DNA of 63,548 bases, filler included, from Octopus bimaculoides (lineage: Eukaryota), in NCBI RefSeq assembly GCF_001194135.2. It is 3 parts of 3 records of this genome, joined end to end, with 100 filler letters (N's around TTAATTAATTAA, not from the genome) between each part and the next. Parts side by side here need not be neighbours in the genome. Positions count along the whole stretch, not along the records: positions 7,767 to 37,394 come from NC_068981.1; positions 37,495 to 63,548 come from NC_068993.1; 1 more part is not named here. One strand, written 5' to 3'. How positions within the stretch are numbered: position 1 is the first letter of the stretch; every line of letters begins with the position of its first letter. The notes beneath the pieces are model-generated. The model had not been told where the DNA came from. It ran no database searches and worked only from the letters and a program-made list of their open reading frames with translations. Positions 36,215 to 48,429 of the stretch are shown in pieces. Both the position numbers and the translations under genes were made by a program.

Positions 36215-36535
36215 ATGATGGATACTTAATACTATATTTTCGGATAATATACCAACTATACCGACAGATATAAGAGTGCATCTTTTCCTTGACATATGGT
36301 CTCTTAGATGACTCACGTATATCTATCTGTCTATTTATTTTCTTCCTAACTTTGACCTTCCATAAATCCTAAATTTTATTTTAGAATTTATGGGAGCAAC
36401 TGTCTTTGAAGACTCATATTGTCGTTGAATGCTCGAAATGAGGAGTAGGTAGACATGTCTAGATACACTTAACTTAATAAACGGATGGTTATTTCGTTCA
36501 TGCATATGAAGATTAGGTAGAATGTTATATAATTA

Positions 36536-36960
36536 GGCGTAGGAGTGGCTGTGTGGTAAGTAGCTTGCTTACCAACCACATGGTTCCAGGTTCAGTTCCA
36601 CTGCGTGGCACCTTGGGCAAGTGTCTTCTTCTATAGCTTCGGGCCCACCAAAGCCTTGTGAGTGGATTTGGTAGACGGAAACGGAAAGAAATCCGTCGTA
36701 TATATGTATACATGTGTGTGTGTGTGTGTGTCTGTCTGTCTGTGTGTGTGTGTGTGTGTCTGTGTTTGTTCCCCACCATCGCTTGACAACCGATTTTGGT
36801 GTGTTTACGTCCTCGTAACTTCGCGGTTCGGTAAAAGACACCGATAGAATAAGTACCAGGCTCAGAAAGAATAAGTCCTGGGGTCGATTTGTTCAACTAA
36901 AAAAGGTGGTACTCCAGCATGGCTGCAGTCAATTGATTGAAACATATAAAATAATAAAAA
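36536..36960 (+). mobile_element. Full-length type B SINE with internal (TA)/(TG) microsatellite
   Basis: Head, CORE-like block, microsatellite, 3' body and tail are all present. Confidence 0.92.
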
Positions 36961-36964
36961 GAAT

Positions 36965-37121
36965 ATAATTATACTTAAATATTATAAACAATTGTATAAA
37001 AAAATGTTTAAATATTCTGTGGATTACAAAAGTATAACCAATTTATTGCCACATAAATTTTAACAATAAGCATCTTATATGGACTCCTACAGAAGATATG
37101 GACCCCGATTGAGAGCCACTG
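36965..37121. mobile_element. Right end of a hAT-type MITE (same family as 19687-20358)
   Basis: Ends ggaccccgattgagagccactg (reverse complement CAGTGGCTCTCAATC). The subterminal sequence resembles 20285-20358. Confidence 0.6.
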
Positions 37122-39009
37122 CACTCTCGCAATTTAACAAATTCCCTTGATACATGTATACAAGTGTTTCAAGAATAAGAAAATAGAAATATAATCTTAC
37201 TTAGACTGACAATGATGCCAACCACAAACACGATCAGAATTGCAATAGGAGCATTCATAGTATAAGATAAAGAATACAACTTCTGTATACCATGGCTGAA
37301 ATAGAAAACGGACAGAAAAATTTAGCGATAATCACTTTAATTTCTTTTCAATCACGTTAGTTTGTTATACATATACATACATACATATATATATNNNNNN
37401 NNNNNNNNNNNNNNNNNNNNNNNNNNNNNNNNNNNNNNTTAATTAATTAANNNNNNNNNNNNNNNNNNNNNNNNNNNNNNNNNNNNNNNNNNNNAGTATA
37501 TGCATATAAATATATACATCGACTTATATATATATATGCATATAATATATATAATATATATTGTAAACCGATTACAGGTCATTAGACGCAAGACTTGCTT
37601 TGAACATTGGCTGCTATCAATGAAGTTCACTTCGTCACAATTCTCATTTTTTTTTTTTTAAACCGCCTAATGTATTCCTTCAGTAATATCATTATTCCTC
37701 TGTTACTTTCTACTTTTTCACCATCACCATGAACATTACCATTGCTGCATACTAGAAATAATTGTAATAATTAACCAAAATTAGAAGCAGTAAAGACATT
37801 ATAATTCCTTCTGTATTATGCTATATATATATAGAAAAAAATAATAATCTAAAAAGTCTGTCTCATGAAATACCCATCTAGTTTATTCTGTATAAACTTT
37901 AATTACGCACTCTGAGACGATTGCAAGCCGGGCAGCATTGGCCAGCCGCTTTCCGACGTAAGAAGCTGTCTTCTCCACTAAATTTCTCTGTTACGGTCAG
38001 TTAGTCACGGGTTGCATTTCCACAGCGTTATTCCAATTCGGTTGTATGTCAATCATAATGGAAATGAATATTGCAAAAACAATTTTAAAGCGAATCAACG
38101 TCGTCTGGTCTACTCGCATTTACGATGGGGAAGAAATCTTCGCACCTCAGTTTCACCGTATCGGTCAGTTACCCGAAGAAAATATAGAAAATAATGACGA
38201 ATCAAAAAGGAATCTTTATTTGACGGAAATCATTTTCGGCTGATATATATTTCGACCAGCGAAATTTTATCCGTTAGAAATGAATCTATCAAAATACACT
38301 GCCGGACTGTTTTATAGAATCTAAAGAAAATAGACGAATAATTAGAGCGACCAGAGAATCATCGTGGCCTTAGATTTACCACAACATTACTGACCAATAC
38401 TGGACTTTCACGCTTGTCAAAATATTTGCCGTCACATTTCTCTCGGCTGGCTCAGTTTGTTGACTTGCGACTTAGGTATGGCTGATATTCAGAAAGTTTG
38501 TGGCGGAAAACTGACAGCAGTATAATCATTTTACAAATATGATAGAAAATACTGGATAGTTTCTACAAGTTATCAATCAGTTTAGTTGTTATTGTATGTG
38601 TGCCTATAAGAAATATTTGTTCTCGAGACATCACAAATCTCACACAAGTATAATATGTAAATTATGTGATCCTACTTGGCTGTCTACTTTTTCGTCATTT
38701 ACATGAATATTATGATGGCTACATGACAGAAATAACTGGAATAATTTACCGAAGTTAGAAACAGTAAATAGATGGTAATTCCTAGAGCATTATACTGTAT
38801 GAAAAAAGAAATAATAATTAACTGAAATGTCTATCTCAAGAAAATCCTATTTAGAAAAATGGCGATAGGAATAGAAATATATATATATAGAAATATATAG
38901 AAATATTCATATATATGGGGGGGGGCTGTATGTGTGTGTGTGTGTGAGTGTGTGTGTGCGTGCGTGCGTGCGTGCGTGCGTGTGTGTGTGTGTCTGTGTG
39001 TGTGTGTAA

Positions 39010-39215
39010 GGCACGTGGCTTAGTGGTAAGGGTATTCGGCTCCCGATCGTAAGATCCTGAGTTCAATTCTCGGAGACGCGTTCTGTCCTTGCGCAAGACA
39101 CTTTATTTCACGTTGCTTCAGTCTACTCAGTTGGCAAAAGTGAGTAGTACCTATATTTCAAAAGACCAGCCTTGTCGCATTCTGTGTCCCACAGAATCTC
39201 CCTGAGAACTACGTG
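39010..39215 (+). mobile_element. Type C-like SINE with an alternative tail
   Basis: ggcacgtggcttagtggtaagg...gagttcaattc...cttgcgcaagacactttatttcacg...ctcagttggcaaaagtgagta...cagccttgtcgc. Confidence 0.75.
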
Positions 39216-39654
39216 CCTTCACACACACCCACGCGCATGTATATATATATATATATATATACGGGTAAGCAGACAAACGAAAGAAGGGCATTGAACAGGT
39301 TTATTGGGTGTTACTTATATAGATCAAAACATTTAGATTCAGACTCCTTGGTACTCTGAGTTTCAAGCGTGTGGCTAGTCTTCGGCCATTGGGGTCATGT
39401 AACTAAAATCATTTATTTAAGAAGTACTTTCAGCTTTACTGGTCGTGATGATGAAATTTCGTATAGAATCAGCAAGTCTAGTAGTGCCTTTAGTAACTTG
39501 ACAAGCGTCTATCGTCACGCCATAGTATAGCTTTTCAAATTAAAGTTAGGGTTTATAGCACATGTGTTCTGCTATCGTTGATCTATGGAAGTGAGACATG
39601 GGTTGTTTATCGTAAGCAACGATTTCATGATTATTGTCGTAGGAAAATTCTTGG

Positions 39655-40350
39655 GATAAATTGGAAAATGGCATCAGTGATTTGGAGGTACTTGAGACAA
39701 GTTGTAGTAGGAGTGTAGAATCGATGAGTTTGCAAATTCGTTTGAAGTTGAGTGGGCATCTGGTGAGAATGAATGCTGAAAGACGTCTAAAGCAACCTCT
39801 GTATGGTGCCCTAGAAGACGGTAGGAGGCCAGCACATAAACCCAAAATGAGGTTCAAGGATGCCTCAGAGACTTGCTTTGACATAGAAAGGAGTTTCAGC
39901 TGTTGATTGGGAGACCAAAATGGATGGAGGAAAAGAGTGCACGGTGGTTGTTCGAATTTTGAAAGAGAGAAAGAGAATGAAGCACTAGAAGATCAAGAGA
40001 AGGCTTAGAAAGAATAAAAATGAATGAAAGAATGAAAGAATGAAGGCTTAGAAAGAATGAACCTGTGGAAAATGAGGGAATGTTGTATTTTATGCGTGTG
40101 GGAGGAAATGTCTGAGTCATGCAGGCCTGGTCAGCCATCAGAGACCTAACAGGAATCAACCCCTTGTAAGTTGTGATATGGCTGTTGTTCACAACAGAAC
40201 AAGTGCATGGTAGGCCTTTTTGGTGGAGGATTAAAAAGGCATGTCAAAAGAATTCATAATGTGGCACGTGTTCCTTTGCCAAACAGCACAGTTGTGCATT
40301 ATGTAACAGTATGTGCAAATATTTGGCCAGGTTCAAGAGACATACATATA
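39655..40350 (+). mobile_element. RTE-clade LINE 3' fragment with decayed triple C2H2 tail
   Basis: SVESMSLQIRLKLSGHLVRMNAERRLKQPLYGALEDGRRPAHKPKMRFKD, then across frameshifts CGRKCLSHAGLVSHQR, GGLKRHVKRIH and CALCNSMCKYLARFKRH. Confidence 0.88.
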
Positions 40351-40965
40351 TTTATATGTATGCGTATGCAGGTAAGTATGTATGCAGATTGCGTGGATCT
40401 TCAAGTAAAATACATCTCTCCTCAGTGGGACTCGTTGGGATAAAGAAGCCCGCCGTAAATGTATATAGACTCCGTTCTCACCACTACTTATCTTTAGCTG
40501 AATGTGCTAAAGCAACGTGAAATGAAGTAATTAGCTCATAAACATAACACCTTGCCCGGCTCGCGAATCGAACCCAAGACTTAACGATCATGAACCCAAC
40601 ACCTTTAACCTATTCATGAAAGAAAGTGTTTTCTCAAACACCCAAAGTGAAGAATATTTAGGTTAAACTTCAACGTCATACAATCAAAGAAATAATGCAG
40701 ATGAATAGGACAAAAGCTAGCAAAAATGCTTGTTTATTTAACAAAGAGATAAACCGATTGCATAAATTTCGTAAAAACCTCATAAAATAATATAAATTGC
40801 AAATGTTTCTTGGCCTTTACTGCACAACAATAATACTCAAAGTTATACAACGTATCAAAATTGCAATAACTAGCTCCCACCAGTATCATATTAGAATAAT
40901 CTTTTATTAACAGAATTGATAATTATATTGCTCTTCACAATAAAGACACCGCTTTTTTTCCTTAG

Positions 40966-41160
40966 AGGAACGGCAATAGCACTTATTTAGATCTGAGATC
41001 GGTGGAAGAAGTAAATGGCCCGCCAAGCACACACAGCGGGATTGAAGACATTCTGTCGCCAAGACTATGTGCTTCATGGATCATTTTAGTGTGTGCTGTT
41101 ATCTTAACTCTGTTTGATTTCATTTCGTTTCATTGTACAATTTGTTCAAGTTATAAATAA
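40966..41160 (+). CDS. Candidate terminal coding exon with hydrophobic C-terminus (GPI signal or TM-like); unidentified
   Basis: Acceptor gctttttttccttag| then 64 open codons: RNGNSTYLDLRSVEEVNGPPSTHSGIEDILSPRLCASWIILVCAVILTLFDFISFHCTICSSYK*. AATAAA overlaps the stop. Not repeat-like; no homology recognised. Confidence 0.3.
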   Translation, partial: RNGNSTYLDLRSVEEVNGPPSTHSGIEDILSPRLCASWIILVCAVILTLFDFISFHCTICSSYK

Positions 41161-41291
41161 ATGTAATATAAACAATACAAAATACATATGTAAATGTTAT
41201 ATAAGCAACAGACGGGCTATGAATAATAGGCAGTAGATAAACAATAACCGGCATGTATATTTGAGTGTATGTGTATGCGGATGCGTGTCAG

Positions 41292-41331
<40 letters not shown>

Positions 41332-42138
41332 NNNNNNNNNNNNNNNNNNNNNNNNNNNNNNNNNNNNNNNNNNNNNNNNNNNNNNNNNNNNNNNNNNNNN
41401 NNNNNNNNNNNNNNNNNNNNNNNNNNNNNNNNNNNNNNNNNNNNNNNNNNNNNNNNNNNNNNNNNNNNNNNNNNNNNNNNNNNNNNNNNNNNNNNNNNNN
41501 NNNNNNNNNNNNNNNNNNNNNNNNNNNNNNNNNNNNNNNNNNNNNNNNNNNNNNNNNNNNNNNNNNNNNNNNNNNNNNNNNNNNNNNNNNNNNNNNNNNN
41601 NNNNNNNNNNNNNNNNNNNNNNNNNNNNNNNNNNNNNNNNNNNNNNNNNNNNNNNNNNNNNNNNNNNNNNNNNNNNNNNNNNNNNNNNNNNNNNNNNNNN
41701 NNNNNNNNNNNNNNNNNNNNNNNNNNNNNNNNNNNNNNNNNNNNNNNNNNNNNNNNNNNNNNNNNNNNNNNNNNNNNNNNNNNNNNNNNNNNNNNNNNNN
41801 NNNNNNNNNNNNNNNNNNNNNNNNNNNNNNNNNNNNNNNNNNNNNNNNNNNNNNNNNNNNNNNNNNNNNNNNNNNNNNNNNNNNNNNNNNNNNNNNNNNN
41901 NNNNNNNNNNNNNNNNNNNNNNNNNNNNNNNNNNNNNNNNNNNNNNNNNNNNNNNNNNNNNNNNNNNNNNNNNNNNNNNNNNNNNNNNNNNNNNNNNNNN
42001 NNNNNNNNNNNNNNNNNNNNNNNNNNNNNNNNNNNNNNNNNNNNNNNNNNNNNNNNNNNNNNNNNNNNNNNNNNNNNNNNNNNNNNNNNNNNNNNNNNNN
42101 NNNNNNNNATATATATATATATATATATATAAAAGATG

Positions 42139-42169
<31 letters not shown>

Positions 42170-42779
42170 GAGGAGTGTGCATGCATGTTCATATTTTGGT
42201 ATATATAATATATACACATACATTCTCATAAACGTAAGAATGTACATCTTTATTACGTTTCGCTTTTCCAAAACTTTAACAAATATTTTTCTGCAGGAAT
42301 TTCTTAAGTACGATACAGACTGTACTTTTGTCTCTACTTGTCTCACTCCATTTCTGCATATTTATCTATCTATTTGTCTATCAATGTATTCATCTATCTG
42401 TGTATATATTAGAAACACATGCCCATACAATCTGATATATAAACATACAGAGATTATTTCAGATTGTTTTAAATTGTTTCGAACTAAGGAATTTAGTTGT
42501 AAATACAGGGAAAAGAAAGGAATAAGGAATATTTAATCAAGTTTGAATTGAAACTATGCATCATCACAAATTATTGTAAATGTTTTCAGCCAAATAACAA
42601 CAGAACAACGTAAAAGAAAACGAGGAGATTGCTCCTGGGGTAAGCATCTTATTTACGCTATCTGCACGCCATACAACACCGCACCAAACCGCATTACAAA
42701 ATGAGGCCCCCACTCCAATAAATCCAATTTTGAGATGGGTGACAAACACAAATTCAACTCCCAATGTATGTATAACTAT

Positions 42780-42810
<31 letters not shown>

Positions 42811-43004
42811 GTGTGGGGGGGGGTGCCTGTGTGTGTATGTGTGCGCGCACATGCTTATACAAGTGTGTGTAGAGGTGTGTGTGCATGATTGTGTATATAA
42901 GGAATTCTTTCAATTTCCTGATTAAGCCATGTTTATAGAATTGTTACTGTCACACTAAAATTAGATATTTATTGTTATTTTCAACACTGGTATTCTAGCT
43001 AGTC

Positions 43005-43065
43005 ACGTTGTTGTTGTTGTTGTTGTTTTTGCTGTTGTTGTTGTTGTTGTTGTTGTTGTTGCCAT

Positions 43066-43112
<47 letters not shown>
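43005..43112. repeat. (GTT)n/(GCT)n microsatellite
   Basis: Direct read. Confidence 0.95.
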
Positions 43113-43115
<3 letters not shown>

Positions 43116-43193
43116 CTGCTGTTATTGTTCATGATTTTACTTAGATTTTGGTGTTGAAGAACAGCAAAAATTGTTTTACGAGTTTTGACATAA

Positions 43194-43229
<36 letters not shown>

Positions 43230-43818
43230 CACATACATGTGTGTGCACCTATATATTTATACATATATATGCATATATACATGTGTGTGTGTATGTGAAA
43301 GTAAGTAAGTGCATATGTATGTATTTCTGTTTATATATGTATGCATATGTGTATACGTGTTTGTCCATGTTTAAATGTGTCTGCCTGCTTGCATATGTCC
43401 GTGTGTGTGACTTCACATGTCATGTAAAAATGATGTGCAAAAGGCAGAAGATAGGCTGCTAGTAATGATGATGATGGTGATGATGATGATGGTGATGATG
43501 ATGATGATGATGTTGATGAGAAGGTGGAGGACGTGGAGGAGGGTAAAACAATTGTTCGCATCAATATTTTTAAATCGTTTTTCTTTCGTGTGTGTGTGTG
43601 ATGCTATTATTTTAGAATTCTTTTTCATTTGAAGGGATGGAATTTCTTACAGCCATTCTCGTAAAAGCTATACAAACACACATACATACGTACATAAGTA
43701 CATATGCAAATATAGATGTGTGTGTGTGCGTGTGTGTTTGTGTGTGTGGGTGTAAATATACATCTCTCTCTTTCTAAATCTGTCTCTCTGTATAAATATA
43801 TATATATACATATATATA

Positions 43819-45000
43819 CAGGGGTTGGACAAAATAAGGGAAATACCTTGTATCGTAACATCATAATTTTGAAATATGTATAAAACCGTCAAAAGCTTGT
43901 TTATTTTTAGGGTTTTTGATTTATTATTAGTGTTGCTTAATATGTTTTGCTAAAATTGCTGTTTCTTTCAAATGTCATCAGAAAAACGGAATTAAAATTC
44001 ATTAAAATGACAGATCTATTGGACTTTCAAAAAGGTCAAATTGTTGGTGCTTGCATGGCAGACGCTAGCGTAACAACGGCCGAAAAGTTTGGTGTATAAA
44101 GAAATACTGACTTGAAAGTAATGACAGCCTTTGAGAAAGAGAGAAAAACCTCCTCGTCAAAACAAAACTCCGGAAGAAAACCAAAAATTTCAGATAGGGA
44201 CCATGGGACTCTTACGCGAATTGTTAGAAAGGATCACAAAAGTAAAGCTCCCAAAATTACTGCAGAGCTTAAGGACCACCTCGAGAACCCATTTTCTACA
44301 AAAACTGTTCGGTGGGAGCTGCACAAAGCCGGATTTTACAGGAGGGCTGCAATCAGAAAACCACTACTTTGAAAAACAAACGTTGCAAAGCGCTTAGAGT
44401 GGAGTAAAATCTATAGAATTGGTCCCTACAGCAGTGGGAAAATACTAGTTTCTCGGATGAGTCATCCTTTACCTTATTTCTGACCACCTGCAGAGTGTAC
44501 GTGAAGAGACAGCCAAATGAAGCATTTAACCCAAACTGCCTTCTTCCAACTGTTAAACATGGAGGAGGATCTGTGATGATCTGGGGAGGGGACTACATCT
44601 TGGAAATCCGCCGGCCCAATGGTTTCCCTTCATGGCAGAATTAATAGTCAAGACTATTTAAGCATTTTATCTGATCAAATTCATACTATGTTTGCAGAAC
44701 TGCTTCCAGAGGGAAACGCGATCTTTCAGTATGGTAATGCACCAATTCACACAGCTAGAATTGTTACTGAATGACACGAGAAAGATTCTAGTGAGGTTGA
44801 ACATCTTATTTGACCACCACAGTCCCTATATCTCAATATTATTGAACATTTATAGTGCATTGTATAAAAACAAGTAAGGAGTCGATATACTCCAGTATTA
44901 TCATTACAAGAACTGGAGACCGTTCTAGCTGAAGAATGGACAAAAATTCTTTTGGAAACAATTCAAACTTTGTACGAGCCCATACCTCGTAGAATCCAAG
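43819..45000 (+). mobile_element. Tc1-family transposon, 3'-truncated, decayed transposase
   Basis: TA|CAGGGGTTGGACAAAATAAGGGAAATACC TIR. Transposase motifs FQKGQIVG, SGRKPK, FSDESSF, PTVKHGGGSVMIWG, IFQ..NAPIHTA, PPQS..LNIIEHL, with stops and frameshifts. Confidence 0.93.
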
Positions 45001-46044
45001 TACATGGACACAGGCAGCCGGCAACTCCTGCAATGGCGATTTAAGCATAACCAGTCGGCAACTCCTACAATGGCTACTTAAACCTGAGAGGTGAGCACAC
45101 AGCAGTTACTGCAATATAGTACCAAGTGTGGGCAGTAGATTAGCTGAACTGGTGCAGTCTTGAACATGATTATTTGTGTACCGTGAGGAAGGAGGTCGCG
45201 TTCTAAAAGCAACACTTTTAACGACACTCGTGATATGCTTGTCGGTCCTAAAGTAGCATTGATAGTGTGGATGGCACGTACTGGCAAATGCTAGTTTTCT
45301 TCATAAAACACCCGTGCAAAAGAATGATTACTGTTAATTGATAGTGGCTCTGTGTGCCTACTTAAAACTGAGCGATAAGTTTACAACACAAAGCTTTACA
45401 TAGATACATAAATATATATACACACATGTACAACGTTATTATCAGTTCAATTATGCTTGGAGCATACTCGAACCTGTAAGGAAACCATTCACTGTGTTTT
45501 GTCACGGAGAAAATTTCTTGCTTTAGACAAATGGTATAAAAGCAACCAAATCAGCTCGCAGTGCCACCTATCCAGACTGTGAAATGCAAACATTTCGGAG
45601 TGGTTATCTCATCTTGAATCACAGAAACCGGACAGGGTGCGCTACGAGCTGATAAGTTGTCTCTCTTATGATACTTCATAGTACAATGACTAGAAGCGCT
45701 AATCGGCGGCTCAACGCAAACTTATACACATATGTTTGTTTGTGTGCACGTGTGTGTTTATATATATACACAGTATTAATAAGATACGAAAACCATATAT
45801 GGTATTTTATATTTTATAAAACAGATACGTGTTTCATTTACTGCCAGGATGGCATAATAGCAGGTTGAAGCAGTATATAACCCTGATAAATGACGTCTTC
45901 AGTGTTTTGCGAAAATACAAAGTTGTTAAATTCCTAATATGTGTACCCTTATGCAAATTATGGACATTATCAGCGGCACGATGCAGCAGGAGATGAGTAA
46001 ACAGATGTGTTTGTGAGTGCGTGTATGTATATGTATAAAAGGTA

Positions 46045-46237
46045 AAGTAAAGTTACCTTCTCGAGTCATACCGACTCATTAGGGTGGGTTTCCCGGGTTC
46101 ATGGCGTAGAAATTCCCTAGCCGGACGGGACGCCGGTCTGTCGCAAGATTACCAATTTTTGCCAGCTACGTGGAATCGAAACCACAATCGTACAATCATG
46201 AGTCCAACACCCTAACCACTAAACCACGCGCCTCCAC
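46045..46237 (-). mobile_element. Type C SINE, internally deleted
   Basis: Reverse complement of the head tggaggcgcgtggtttagtgg and the tail gagtcggtatgactcgagaaggtaac. Confidence 0.8.
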
Positions 46238-46245
46238 ATATATGT

Positions 46246-46302
<57 letters not shown>

Positions 46303-48257
46303 TGCGTGTGTGTGTGTGTGCGACACTATCCAACACAGATACAGTCTTTCAAATTTCACTTACAAAGCATTTGTCGATCCGATATCATAGTGCAAAATAT
46401 TTGACCGTGATACCGCGTACTAGAGTCGAACCCAAATCTACGTTTTTGCGAAAAGAACTTTTAGCCACCAGCTATATCTGCGATGTAAATAAATGTAAAT
46501 GTATGTTACTGAATGTATTCTAGTTAAGTGGGGTTTCTTTCTTTATTATTCCGATTGATTAGTGGATCAAAATCAAATATGAACTCAAACGAATACATTG
46601 AACACCATCCATTATGACACTCACTTAACTTTGCTGTAATGAAATGAAAGCCAACAGAACGTATTGTCATATCATCGACAGATCAAACTCAGATTATTCA
46701 CTCATATTTCTAACAACCGATGTTTTAATGTGTTGCAATATAAAATAAAGGGCGGAATCTATCTAAGTTTTCATAATCAAGAGATAGATGCGGCGAATTC
46801 ATATGAAACTTAATACGTTTTGTATTTCTTTGTGAAGAATAATATTGCTTCGGTTAATGGGTATTTTGATCTATGAAACTTATTTTTAGCCATTATTCGA
46901 AATATTTTTTAACTTTCAATGGAATACCAAGAGTATTGTTTGCTTCAGTTTGATATTTTTTTTAATAAAGAAGAGATCGCTTTTCTTCTAGACTTAAGTA
47001 CCTTAGAAGTAGCTCATTGTATTTTTGGTGTCTTTAATTCGGTAACATTTTTACATATATATTACCAGTGAATTACTTTCTTGGGAAAAAAAAGAGAAGT
47101 GTTCCAGTGATAAAGAAAGAAAAAAAAATAGCAATTTCCAAAATAAAAAAAAAGGAAAGAAAACAAAAGCAAAAGGAAAAAATTTCCCTTGATTCAAGAA
47201 TATATTTTGTGTGTTGCATTTTGTGTATAAAGGTAATTTGATGTTGAAGCAACACATTTTTTTCTTTGAAAACAATCATGAAAATACACCCACGGATAAG
47301 TAGCTGTAGAGAATGGTAGAGAAAGTGAAGGAGGACAGTGGAGTTTGTTAGTGAAAAACAGAAAACTGTGATAAAACTAGAAAGACGAATACGAAGAAAA
47401 ATAGAATTAAACAAATAGAACATTTGAAAAAAAGTATATACGAGAGCTGAAGGTGTTAGAAGTCGTAAGATCAAAGAATGTTTTCTGGAAATATTCCAAC
47501 ATTTTGACAAACCGCTGAGCTGAATTGCGTTTGTTAGCTCCGAAAGCTACGTGACAACATGGCGGATCAGTTATCTGTAACTTAGATTTTGTTGAGCTTT
47601 TTTTTTTCCTCCCTATTTTTACAAATTACAAGAGAAGCCGCGGCGATGTGTTATTGTTGCTCAAGGAACATCTTCCTTCCTGTATTACTAATATAAACCT
47701 TTCACCCCGAATTATCATGTCGTGTATATATTTTTTATATGAATGCATATGTATACCAAAACTTTATATGTACGGACATTCGCGCATTCACAGTTACATA
47801 TGCATATATTTATGTGTGTGTGTGTAAGTGTGTGTGCTTGTGTGTGTGCTTGTGTGTGTGCATGTGTTTGTGTATATATGTTTGTCTGTTTGTGTGTATT
47901 GCATTTAAAACCGAAGCAGTATTGGACCCGTAACAGCAATATATATTTCTGTTTTATAAACAAATATATTTTATATATAGACTGAAAAATCCGACCCTGC
48001 TGATCAGAAAGACAGTATTTAGCTGATTGGTTAATATTTCTCTCCAAAATTAGACTCGGAAAGACAAATATATCAGCCATATAGCGATGGAATCACTACG
48101 CAGTTCCTTTATCAGCTAGAAATATAAGCCACATCTCCCTCAAATCATATCTCATATTTTTATACGATAAAGACATATAGTTCAATGTAATCTTAGATAG
48201 GCTGTTTTTAAAATGGGCAGCGTGATCAAGACTGAATTGTCATTTCTTAAGCCTGAC

Positions 48258-48258
48258 T

Positions 48259-48324
<66 letters not shown>

Positions 48325-48331
48325 TAGTAGT
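48258..48331. repeat. (TAG)n microsatellite
   Basis: Direct read. Confidence 0.96.
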
Positions 48332-48429
48332 GATTTCTTTCATTAGCCACAAGGGCCCAAAACATGGAAGACGTGATACAACACACAAAGGAGTGGGGGT
48401 GTTACATTGATCAGGGGTGATACACTAAA

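Noticed and set aside
38026-38475. Two possible plus-strand exons (38026-38163 and 38374-38475) with AG/GT ends
   Set aside because: The peptides are unrecognisable, two frames are open in the first, and the phases do not join the 40966 candidate.
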